Source: Yuukianura sp. NJ FZ-2021
Taxonomy: Eukaryota
Direction: 5' to 3'
Assembly: GCA_046563655.1 (NCBI GenBank)
Contig: CM102287.1
Location: 6,696,001 to 6,760,000, forward strand
Length of the DNA: 64,000 bases
Shown here: one piece after another, positions 23,901-36,000 of the stretch
How positions within the stretch are numbered: the first letter of the stretch is position 1
Layout: every line of letters begins with the position of its first letter
The notes under the pieces: generated by a model
What the model saw: only the letters and a program-made list of their open reading frames with translations
What the model was told of the DNA's origin: nothing
Database searches by the model: none
Program-made: the position numbers and the translations under genes

Positions 23901-26385
23901 AGAATTTTTTTTAAATTCTAGGTGGAAACCCATTTCTGTGTGACTGTGACATGGAGTATTTGATGCGTATAACCCAACTCAGTGCGACACGTCAATATCC
24001 CGTCGTACTGGATTTGGATGCCATCATATGTCGCCTCACTTACTCTCGTTCCGTGTCCCACATTCCACTTCCGGAAATGAAGCCTCAAAACTTCTTGTGT
24101 CCTTACACCTTCCACTGTTTTCAAACGTGTCAGTGCTGCGAATTCGACGCTTGTGGTAAGTCGACTTACTTCATTTTTTGTTTATGATTTACTAAACTAA
24201 CAAATTCAAAAGCAAAAGTTGTAAAAGAAAAACTGGTTCATTTCATGTTCATGTTATTAATCAAAGCCAACACCAAGTTTAAATTAACTCACAATGCTGA
24301 AATTGTGCCAAAGGCAGTTTTGTAAATCTCGCTAAAGTGGTTGCATTGCTTTGAAACTCATAATCTCCATAAATGTTTACTTTCAATGCGCCAACGCGAC
24401 GACGTCGCTTTTCGGCAATATGGAATATGCCATTTTGATTTTAATTTTCAGACTGCTCCATGACATGTCCGAACAATTGTACTTGCTACCACGGCGATTC
24501 CTGGACAGCCAACGTCGTGGACTGTGCCAATACCAACTTGACCTCCGTTCCAGCCCGAATCCCAATGGACTCAACGTCTGTAAACTTGGACGGAAATTGG
24601 ATCCCAGTAGTGAAGAGCCACAGTTTTATTGGACGTAAAACTTTGAGAAGCCTTTTCCTCAATTCCAGTCGCATCGAGACAATAAGCAATAAATCTTTTA
24701 ATGGACTTCAGTCACTGGAATACCTTCATCTGGAACGGAATCTCCTCCGACGTCTCCTCGGTTACGAATTTGATCATCTCAATAAGTTGAGAGAGCTCTA
24801 TCTCCAAGATAATTTGATCGAAACCATTAGTAACTCTACGTTTCTATCTCTCAAAGAACTGGAAATTTTAAGACTCGACGGAAATCGACTCTCAGTTTTT
24901 ACTGTTTGGCAACTGAGTCTAAATCCATACTTGGTTGAAATCGGACTTGGACGTAACTCATGGAACTGCGACTGTCATTACCTTCATCAGCTTAATGGAT
25001 GGGTCACAGACAATCAAAAGAAGGTCATTGACATGAGAGATATTCGTTGCGTGTGGAACACAACAAAGGAGGTTGGACCGCATTTGTTAGACTACAACTC
25101 GACATGCGGTAGTTCATGGGCCCTTATCCAAGGGGGTTTGGAACGCTTTGACCTTGGTGGACTACTTCCCCTTGTCCTGGGGCTAGCAGTTACCATTGTA
25201 CTTGTGCTTCTTGTCATCATAATCTGCATATGCAGAGACAACATTCGGATTTGGTTACACAAGCAGTTTGGACTCAGGCTGTGTTCAGGACGTGATGATT
25301 TTAGTGACAGTGAAAAATCTTTTGACGCCTACCTTCTCTATAGTCAAAAAGATGAAGAATTTGTGACGACACGAGTAGCTGATGAACTTGAGACGGGTGA
25401 CAACTATCGTTTTTGTCTCCACTACAGAGACTTACTGTCCGAAGGAAGCAATGATCTCAAAGAGGTCATGACGAGTGCGCTTGACAGTTCCAAAAGTTTG
25501 GTCATATTCTTGTCCAGAAACTTGTTCCAGGGAGAGTGGACAAGCGGAGAGTACCGAGCCGGGTTTCATGCTCTCCTCAAATCCAGTGCTAAAAAACTTC
25601 CAGAGGGGGTCAAGAGTATTCTAGTGGTGTTCATTGAGCCAATACCAGAAGAAGAAATGACTGCAGACATTCTCTCGTGGCTCAGAAGTTCAACCAATAC
25701 TGTCACCCTGAAGTGGGCAGACAAAAAGTTTTGGTCAAAGTTCAAATATGCTTTGCCGGATCCATCAGTATGTCATTACCATTCGAACATTACGAGTCAA
25801 ACGACGACTTCTTCTGCAGCGTCTAGTGAACGTGCTTCTAGTGGCCTCAAATATTACACTGCAACTGGAGGTGACCCCAACTTGACCTTGGAAGAGTCAG
25901 GTCAAAAGTACTGGCCTGCGCAGGCCCAGTCGAACTTCATGGCTCTACCGCCAAAGTATGCGTCACATGGCCAGGGATACCGCTACAGCAGTGACACCAT
26001 TCCACAAGATGACGACGACCATGAACTTCCGTCGTTTCTGTTTCAACCAAACGCCAAGTCCCCAGTACCGCTCGGAAACTTTTCAAAAAGCTGTTTGCGC
26101 AAGTCCAGTTCCAGTGGAACCCCCGGGGGTGAAAGTTACTTGAGTCTCGAGGGGGAACATGTTTACTCGACCTTGGACCCCCCTAGTCCTCCCGCCAAAA
26201 TTCAACTGCCTAATGGATACACCTACTCCCCTGGTCCCACCCAGCAGCAGTGGCACCCTGCCCCACCCAAAACCCCACTGCCCCTCAACTTCTCGTCCCC
26301 CAAAGCAAAAGGCCCGTCAAGGAGAAAGTCAAGTAAAGAAAGCTCGGCCCCACCCGGTGGGACAGTTCAAACGTACTTGGTCTAA
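20952..26385 (+). CDS. Long Toll receptor (18-wheeler/Toll-7-like; LRR ectodomain, TM, TIR), about 1487 aa
   Basis: Exons 20952-22527, 22681-23028, 23410-23781, 23922-24155 and 24452-26385. All introns GT-AG, phase 1; 4464 nt in frame. Signal peptide, many LRRs, GGNPFLCDC...[25 protein letters not shown] cysteine cluster, TM helix, TIR (FDAYLLYS...CLHYRD...FWSKFKYALP), EHVYSTL and C-terminal QTYLV. Confidence 0.95.
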
Positions 26386-29300
26386 ATTGTGATATGACTC
26401 CACATACCGCTAGAGGACACGACTTCCAAGGTCATCGATTTTGTTCTACAAATTACCAAAGCCATAACCCCACTTTTTCTGTTCTTTGTTTTTCCAATGT
26501 TGTTGAAGTTGAACCAGCCCGAAATTTCTATTTTCATATTTCTTTGTTCAAAAATTAATTTATTGATTCGTTTTTGAAAGATGACGACATACACGTGGCT
26601 TCCCATTCCCTTTTTATTCTAGCATAAACTATAATTTAAAAATTATGTCATTTCAGTTATATAATTATAAAAGCCTAAATATGTTATTTAATGCGCCTAA
26701 GACTTTTCCATAGACTGAACTCCTCCTTTACCATAACCAAAGGCTTTAGTATAATACTAAATTAAATGTTAAGAGAATTTAGCATAATAATTGTCAGGCA
26801 AAAATTTAACAATGCACTGCGCCCTCGGCGTACAACAAGGTTAACAAAATTGGCAAAATGAGTCAACATTTTTCAAAAGCTACTAATTTATTGCAATGAA
26901 CTAACTAAAATTTAAGTAAATTTTTGGCGTTAGAATATTGAAAAGAAGAAGAAAAATTAGGCTAATAAGGTCGCAATTTGTTAGATAGCAAATGAAGATG
27001 ATGTAAAATTGTTCGAATTTTTGGCTGTTATTAAATTAACTTTGAAAGCAACCAACGTTGACCTAAACGGCGAAATGTTTGTCTGCTACACACATTTAGG
27101 GTTGCGAAACGTGAAATTTTGAAAATTGAAATTTAAAACGACGTAGTTTTTGGAGAAGAAAAAGGGATTGTTTTGTTTGTGTTTTCATGAATTGTTTCCA
27201 TTTTCTGGTTGGAGTTGCCCATTTGACTCCATTTTATTGTTATGGTACTTGGGTAAGGGCTCTCCAGCTTCCATTTTACCATTTAGGTTTCTCCACAAAA
27301 GCACTTTTGTATCCAACTGTCCTTTTCTTAAAGTTAAACAGAAACAGGAAGACTTAAGTTCTCCGTAAAGGGCTACAGGCTAACAAAGACATAAATTAAG
27401 GTCAAGTGACATCAGCAAGAAGCATTGTCTCCTGGCTCTGAGCTCCTCTGTTCTGAACAAGTGCTTTAACAACCAAAAGTACACATGAACATTTTCGCAA
27501 AAGGTGCCCTACTTCAACCCAACCTTAACAAAATCTAACCTTATGTTCCGTAGGCCATACTTCAACCAAAACCTTAAGTAAAACTTTGGCTTTTAGCTTT
27601 CCAAATCTTAAATTCAACCAAAACGTGACTTTAACATAACAATTTTAATGGTTTGAGTCGCGGTTAAACCATCAAGTTTTTTACGTATGTTCTAAACGTA
27701 ACTTTGAGCTAAGTTTAGCATAATTCGACAACTGTAATCTGTAGCTCATTAGTGTTAACCCTTCACCCTTAGCCTGAAGTTAACTTATAGCTTAACCCTT
27801 AGCCTGTCGTTAGCCCAGTATGTTCGTTTCTTCGGTTGAAAGGAAAACCTAATCAAGGGAACAGGCAAACCTTGTTCTGTTGTTGTGTCGATAAGGTTGG
27901 AATAAGGTAAAAGCCTCTGTTTGTTTGTCGAAACAGACAATTTTATTGTCCTTTGGTTCACCGGAAGAGGTCAAAGGGCCTTCCTGTCCTAGTGATAAGT
28001 CCAATCTAAACGAGCCAGGCTTCACAGTCCTCATACGTTTCATGTGTTAATAAAATTGAAAACCAGGCCTTATGAGAGCGCTGGATTTATGAAAAGGTTC
28101 TGGAAGATGAGGGCTTTGCTTTGATGGGAAGTGGGGCAGTGGTTGTATGTGGCTGGAGGCCGCGGGAGTAGTGGAATTAAGCGATTTTCGTTTTGTGGTT
28201 TTTGTGAAAGCGCAAAATGAAATTCTGAAATTCATTTGGAATCCTTTTGGGAAGAAAGCGGGAAAAGCCCTGGTTCTGACGCGGAGTGTATTAAAGGTTT
28301 CCTTTCACTTCGTCACTGTTCCCGTGGAGCTTCTCTTCTGGACACAAAATGTCCCTGGAGAAAGTAGGATTTGGAAGGAGGAAAAGCGTGGGAATTTTCC
28401 CATATCCTTTACATTTATAATATCCTTTGGATATTTTTTAAGTAAAGGACAGTAGATTTTGTGGAAAAAATTTGAAAAAAGGATTTGAGAATAAAAAATC
28501 TTTTGAAATTCAAGGAGTGAGAGTAATTTAGTAAATTCGAACTGGAAAAGAATCGATTTCAATTCAGCAAGCGCCTTTTTCCTCGGAGTCATTTTGTGGA
28601 TAGGGAGTCAGGAGCAGGGAGAAAGTAAAAGTTGGTGGAAAGCAGAACAGTTAGGCAAATGAGGTTCTTGTCCATTGAGCCTCCTAAAGTGCAGTTTTCC
28701 CCTGTTTTTACTTCTTTTTCAAAAACTGGCATTGAATTTCAATGAGGATTTCCAAAACTACGCACTTTCACCAGCTTTTCAGATGTAGCAAAACCTAACC
28801 CTAGAGCTAAAGCGGATCCGGCACTCACTTTGGAGTAGAAAAGAATCAAGGAGAGAATTTTTTGGAAACATGAGTAAAGTGAAAGTGAAAGTTTTAAATA
28901 AAGTTGACATTCTCAAATTTTGCAAAGTTTGAAAACAGGCCAAAAAATTTTTTTTGAAAAGTTTTTGAAAACAATGGAAACATCAGGAATTGTTAGAAAA
29001 AATCGATAGCAATAGTGAGAATATGTGCGCTCCTGTACTTTCTTTTCTTCTGATCAAATTTCGCCTTTGAAAAGTTTATTTCGAAATTTGGATCGAAAGT
29101 GAAATTCAGGTTGAATACACAATAGTTCCGTACTTGTAAGTTTTGCAAACCTAAAAAGTTGTGCAGTTAGGTTCCAGTTAGGCAGAGGTAGTGTAGTTAG
29201 GTTAGGCTTTTGAAGTATGCTTTAGAACTTTTGTAGAGAATCTAGAATTGTAGAACTCGTGTTAGGTTAACCTTAGGTTTACCCATATTAGGTTAGGTGA

Positions 29301-30023
29301 TACGGTTAGGCTAGGGAACGTGAGGGTTTGGAAGTTTACTCGTCGCTTGTTCTCAAGCACAAAACGAATTTAATTTCCTCCGTTCTCGTTCCAGTTCCAA
29401 TTCCGAACTTGTTTGTGTTCTCTAACAAGGAAGGGATCAAGGGCCTCCATCAAAGTTTTGTTTCTCAAATTTGGACATGCAGAGACCTCACCATGTACGG
29501 ACACAAAGGTTCAAGGGCTCTTATTTCAATATATTATACATTATATAAAATAGATAGTCTATGACTAGCGGATAGTCAAGTACCACATTGTGACATCTTT
29601 TCAAGTACCTCCCACTTCTACACTTGTTTTAATTGTGTCCTCATGTGACAAAAGGACCACAGAAACCGCATCACAAAAACAAACGTTTGTATTCATTCAG
29701 CCACATTTCGGTTCGTCAAGCATCAAAAACACGAATTAGGTAAATTCCTCCATGGAGCAACATACTACAAATAAATTTAAATTTGAATTTTGAATTTTGT
29801 TTTTGTAGGTCCTCAGAAATTCGATATTTCAACTCTTTTTTTTACGTTTTTAACGTATCTAATCTTAATACAAAAACTAAAGTATTAAGTTAAATTACGG
29901 AAAAAGTTTTTCCAAGTTTATTCATTGGCGCATGTGAATTACAACTACAAGAAGAAAAGGAAACTTCAAAATTTCGTAGGATTTCAAGTTATGCGTTTTT
30001 AGACAAATAAAAATTTCGTTTTC

Positions 30024-30038
30024 AAGGTCAATGACCTT
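30024..30038. promoter_or_regulatory. Perfect IR1 palindrome (ecdysone-response-element consensus) overlapping an FTZ-F1-type TCAAGGTCA site
   Basis: AAGGTCA-A-TGACCTT; TCAAGGTCA at 30022-30030. Motif match only. Confidence 0.4.
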
Positions 30039-33000
30039 TGTATCGTCTCCTTTGATTACAGCATAATATTTCAAAGTCTGACAGTTTCACTAGGACGCTG
30101 TCATTTGTAATTGCAATTTGAGTGGAACTGTTCAAAAAACCAGCAAAATTGCAAATTGTTTGAAAGTCAATTCCAAAGCCTCGCCCTTTTTCACTACCAC
30201 CAGGGGAGGATAGTAAATGTTAAATTTTGTGGAAAATTTGAAAAAGAAAATGGATTAAGGAACATGGAAGGGGCATGGACAAGAGTCTGACAAGTTGACA
30301 TGTTCCTTCCCTCTCATAGCGGAGGACTTTGATTGACATGGAGGATGATGCTGGGCCCTTGCGATAGTTGCAATTATGAAATTATGATGTCAGTGTCAGA
30401 GTGAGAACACTTTGGTCTATCATCACCCGCCCTACCTTCCAGCTACAAGAGGCAATGAACAGTGGAGAAGGCGGTGAAAGCGCAATGACACGCTGTAATA
30501 AAGCTATCATTTATTTCACTTTTTCATTCTGTAACCAAAGAACTCCAGTAAGCTTATGAGCTACCAATACCATTAAGCCCATTACAACGAAAATTTACAT
30601 TGGCTCGACTCGTAATCGAGACTCAAAGCGCCACGATTACAGTTGAGTCTCGTTGGTTGCAGTTTTTATTGAGGTTTGACACGCTGAGTTGCTTCTGGGA
30701 ACAATTCTACTCAAATTCTAGTAAAACGAGCTGAGGTCATTCCCATATACCTTATTGCTTCCATTAGGTTATGCAAACTCGACCAAGCCTTGACTTGGTC
30801 ACGTTAGGCTGGAATGGACAATTCAAAAAGTTAGGTTTCCATATGATGATGTTAGGTTCATGAAGTGATTGTGTTAGGCCTCAAGTTATGATTAAGTTAG
30901 GTAAGGAGAAAGTTGAGTTTTATGAGCAGAGGTTATTCGGGATGCATTTGGACTTTCTAAACCAAACTCCCGTATCGAATTTGTGCCTACTGCTTGGAGT
31001 GAGCTGGATGCTTTCTTCCATTGTGCTTTCCGTCAGTGAGGAATGTTTCGTTGCTTACCTTGCTGCCACTATCGATCCACCTTCCCCATCACACACACGA
31101 ACAATAATTCCTAGTTCCTGGCTGCTCCTCTTCTGCTTTCTAGAACTTAAGTTATAGGCGGTAGACACTTTCTCCCACTTTCACTTTTGCAAAAACCCGC
31201 CAAACCGAGTTCATCACAGGCAGCATGACTGCTCTTCCCAAATTGGAACAACAAACTAGCAAAGACAAAGAGTCTCAAAAGTCAAAACTAAATTCTAACT
31301 TTTTTTAACTGCACGCTCAAAGATTATGCAATTTAGGTTGTTCTATAAATAATAATCGTAGCGATTGTTTTATTTTAGTAGAGCAGTATTTTAGCAGAAA
31401 TAACTTCAAAAGTTAGAAGTTTCTGGTGAAAACGTTCATGGCTGTTATCGTGTTACGTTTATATTAGTTTGGTGCGGAAGGTATTGATCAATTTATTGAA
31501 TTTAGGAGCGAAGTATGGAATTGGGAACGTGTAGCTTTGATGATGAATGGAAGGTTCCTTGTCCCTTTGATGATGAACGGTGACAATGACTTGACAGGCA
31601 ATTCTGTCACTTTCTCTTCCAGTGAGACACACGAGCCATCCAAGACCCACCTCCTTTCCCCATTGTTTTCACTCCAAATTAATGTCAATTATGATCCTTC
31701 AGTTTTCCCTCGAATTTCCCATCTTTCCCAGAAAGTGCGTTCCCTGGGAAGTGTGGGAAATAATAACCCGTTCAAGTCGAGAGAAAGACTTTTCCTCTCT
31801 TTCCTACTTCCCGTCTCTAATAATAATGGTAACAGATTGAAGAAATTGGGAGCTAAGGATGGCGGGAAAGTTCCATTTGAAAACTTAAGTCGACTAGGGA
31901 AAGGCTTATTAGAAGGACTTTCCTCTCCTTTTACAAAAGCACACGGTGGAGAACCACTTTTCAAACTTTTTGAAAAACCGCGCCGCCCGCTCACAGAGCT
32001 CCTTAAGATGTTTCCAAGGTTTTAAGGGTTTCTGGTGAAGGGGAAAGCTTATTAGCGTTTCTGTCGACTCTGATTTCAACTTCATTTGTGAGGAGAAAGT
32101 GAGCTTTTTCTGTCCCGGGCGCGAAAAATCCGTTTTTTGAAAGAAAATCCTACCAAATGGGGAAAAGTTTGAAAGATTGACGCCTTAACTTGAGCAGCCA
32201 ATTTCAAAAGTGCCACTAATTTTTTACTTTGAGTTTTCCTTCCTGTCCTTTAGACGACAAACTAAAGTTAAAGCTAATTAATCTTATAGGTTAGGTTAGT
32301 TTTTTCTAGGTGAAGTTAGTTATAGGTTAGGTTTTTAATGAACCCTTAAGGAGTTCCTTGGAGCCTGCTTCCTTCCGGGGGTTCGGTGTTCCAGTTTCTA
32401 AGCGAAAAAAAAGTTTTCAAAAACTTTTCCGTCTCACTCCGCCCCCATTTTTTAGAGGGGGCCTAGGGTTTAGTAATTTGGAGAAAGTTGAAGTTTTCAG
32501 CTCATAACCCCCTTCCTATGGCCTCCGCGTACTTAATTACAAACTTTCGTCATTTTATAATAACTGAGAGAGGAAGAGGAGGAATTAAAGTAAAAGTATT
32601 TGGCCCAATTTTGGCCGCTGCTGTTCAAAAAGGCCAATTTTGGAGGACATACTGAAGCTGGAGCTTAATATTTATTCTTGAAATGATGCCAAATTAAGCC
32701 GTGATTCTCATTATGACTACTTTTCCACCAAAATGTGTCAACATCTCCTGCCTGGACATGTCCAATTAGCCAACGAGCTATAAAATTGGACACTTTGTCT
32801 TCATCAGCTTTCAAACACGGTCATCTCCAAAGCATTTGATCATATCGTCTAAAAATCACCTCATTCTGGAAATCTCAAAAAAAGAGAAAAAAAATTAGCA
32901 CTTTTCCAATTTTCTGTTTTCAAATTTTCAAATTTTCTGTGGAGGAAATATTTTCGCTAAACTAAACAGAGCCAATTTTTTAAAATACTTTTTTTGAGGT

Positions 33001-36000
33001 TTGGTTAGAAAATGTTTAAAAAATATTTCGAGAAGAGCCTTTTGTTGTGAATTGGATTGTTGGCGTTGAGACAATTATTGGTGAGTGTGATATCGACTTT
33101 TGAAGAAAGAAAGTTAAGCTTCTTCTGTTACTAACTTCGACTTTCGAAAAGCGAAAAAGAAGAAGAGGGAAGTGTGACGACTATGAACTAGGTTTCTCTT
33201 ACTTTCTTCCGAGAGAAGGCTAGAAGTTTAGTTGTTCAATATCATAGTCTTAGTAGCTAGGCGTTTGCAGAGCTCTACCCAGCACAGCTAGTGTTGGAAA
33301 TCGAAATTTCGCGCTGTTTTAGAACACGAGAGGCGGTTGCAGTCGTAGCTCCAGAACATGGCCTCACTAGAAGTAAAGCCTTTAGGAAGCACTTTCTCCA
33401 CACACCTTCTCCTTTCTGCAACTTTGTTCTTCAAGAGCCTCGTTTTTTAAGAACCTTTTTTTTTCACTAAAAGTCCTCGGCTTCAGAAAACACATTTCTC
33501 ATCTACTCAACTCATTTCCGCCTTCACCACTTTCACCGCTTTCCCCGTTTCAACAACCTCTTAAAACACAAAGTTGAAAACTTTTCCCACTTTCTCATTT
33601 TCAGAACATTTTCAACACCAACTTTGTAATTTTTTGACAAAAATAGCTGGGTATTTTCCCCTTCAAATTTAAATTTTTACTCAATTTATTCTGAAATACT
33701 TTAAAAACTTTTATTCCCAAACGTCCGAGCGTAATGCTTTGCTGCTCTTCAGAAAATCTAAATGCAAAATTAACTTTATGAAAATAACTTATATAAATTT
33801 TTTACTGCTAAAATTTGTTTTGAAATTTGAGCCTAGGAAGGATAGTTCCAATTTGTCATTGTTTTTGGCTAAGTCCTCATCCGAAGTAGAGCAGACTAAT
33901 TGAGTGAGTTTTTGGCCTAACTAAATTTGGTTTGAATTTTGGAACGGTCTCTGGAGAGTGTGTTTTTGCGAGAACTGTTTTTGCAAGACCTGTTTAGAAA
34001 ATAGGTTGTGTGTGGATATGGTAGTTGTAATGGGAGGAGGTCGTATTGCAAAGTAGGTCTTGTTAGTGACTGGGAGTTGCTCTGCTCCCACTACCTCCAG
34101 AGGCTCATAAATCAAGTTAAGGCCTTTTGCAAACGAACTGAATTGGTTGAAAGCTGATTAGCACTGGAGCAGGGCTGGATTTTGAGCAAGTTTCCAAAGA
34201 CCCGGGAGTTTTGAGTTTGAAAAGGTCTGTTTTTGCAAATGCTAAAATACTGATTCTGTCAGAGTGGAATTAGGAAGAGAGAGTTAATGAGGCATTCACC
34301 TTCAGTAGACCAAAGGCCTTTGATCAGCAGATATCAACTCACATAACTAAATCCACAATACTAATTCCCTGTGAATTAACTAACAGTTACACTAAATTTG
34401 CTTATGAATTTGTATTAAATTTTTTAAGTAATGAAATTTATTAAGTGAGAATTTTAACTCAAAGTTTTACCGTAAGTCGAACAGGAGCATTATTTTCAAA
34501 TTTTTGTTTACAAGCGTTTGATAGCGACAAGTTTTGAGAATTTAGAAAAAAATTCTTAAGTTTTCTGAATTTTGTTGTCAAAAATTCGTCGTTTTAATAA
34601 AATTTTCTACTCGAAGGACCGCTTCTCTCCTCCTCGTTTCATCTTTTCCATCACAATTGAATTATTAGCAGGTTTCACTTAAGAGGTGGAGAGACTTTCC
34701 AAATTGACAAGTCTTCTCTTTTCCTCTAATAAAATTTTAACAAATAGAAAAATTTAATTTTGGTGAAATTTTCAAAGAATTTTATACTCTTTTTTTCAAT
34801 TTCAACCACTTCAAAGACTCAAACCTCACCTTGCATCTTCTCACCTTATTTTAATAATTAAATTTCAAAAAGATGGAGGAAAAGTAGGTTTGGAATTGCA
34901 AGAAGAAATCGTGACAGGAACATTATTTGATGAATTCATTTTCTTTTTCGTAATTTTGAAATTGACAAAAAATGTGATGAATTAATTTCATAACTGTTCT
35001 TTTCCATTTTTTGTCACTTTCGAAATTTCGGATATAAAAAAAAGTGTTTCGGAACAATGGAATACATTTTGTAGGCTGGTGACTCTCAAAGTCAATACGA
35101 GATTGAAATCATGTTACTTCTTTAATTTAAAAAATGGACAGAAAGATGAAGGGAAGTGATAATAATACACATCACTGTATCCAACAACATCATCATTTCA
35201 CAACCAACAGCAAAGTCATCATCCAACGTTGTACCTGCTCAACAACATCAATTTTCGCACATTTTTTGCACAAGTTCTTCCACACCTTTTTGTAGCAACA
35301 CCAAATTTTTACTGTTATTTCACGGAAGTTTACTGTAACTGACTTTGGTCCAAAGGCGTCTCCTCCTGGCCTAAACAAAACAAATTCTTCCCCATTTTTA
35401 TTATATTTTTTATTATTATATTATTTATTCTAAAGGAGAATAATGAATTCGGAACCTGAAATTAGAGTCAATTTGGGCCTTTGAACAAAATCACATCCCT
35501 ATTTTTACACAGCAAAAAACGAGCTCATTTTCTTTTGAGGAAGAAAATGTGGAGCAACGGGAAATTGCAGCGCAGTCACTCACCACTTCTTGAGCTCTTT
35601 CTCAGTGTCCCTACAATTAGGGGAAATTTACAACGGGAAAGAGTTCGGGGAGACGTGCTGTGCCCATGTGAAAAAACTGCGGTGAATTATTTACTTCAAA
35701 AAATAAAAGTTCAATTCAACCAAGTGAGGATATCCACAAAAGTTTGAACATAAGAGGGCTAAATAATGGAAAAAGTAGTATCTGTGTAGATGTTTTGAGG
35801 AAAAGATGCAATTTGATGAGCTTATGTGAAAATAAAATGGAATTTCAAGTTACCGCTACAAATAAGAATTTGTGGACATCCTAGTTCCGATGAGGACTTC
35901 GAACTCTGCGAATTTAGTGAGGACAAAGTGTGGAAGTACATTCAAAAATTTTGTTTTTTGAAAATTCGAAAGAATTTTTTTGAGGATTGTTGAACTTGAA

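Noticed and set aside
31537..32025. 162-aa ORF and other 60-135-aa ORFs across the 26.4-64 kb region
   Set aside because: Low-complexity F/K/L/S-rich translations, no domains and no consistent splice chain.
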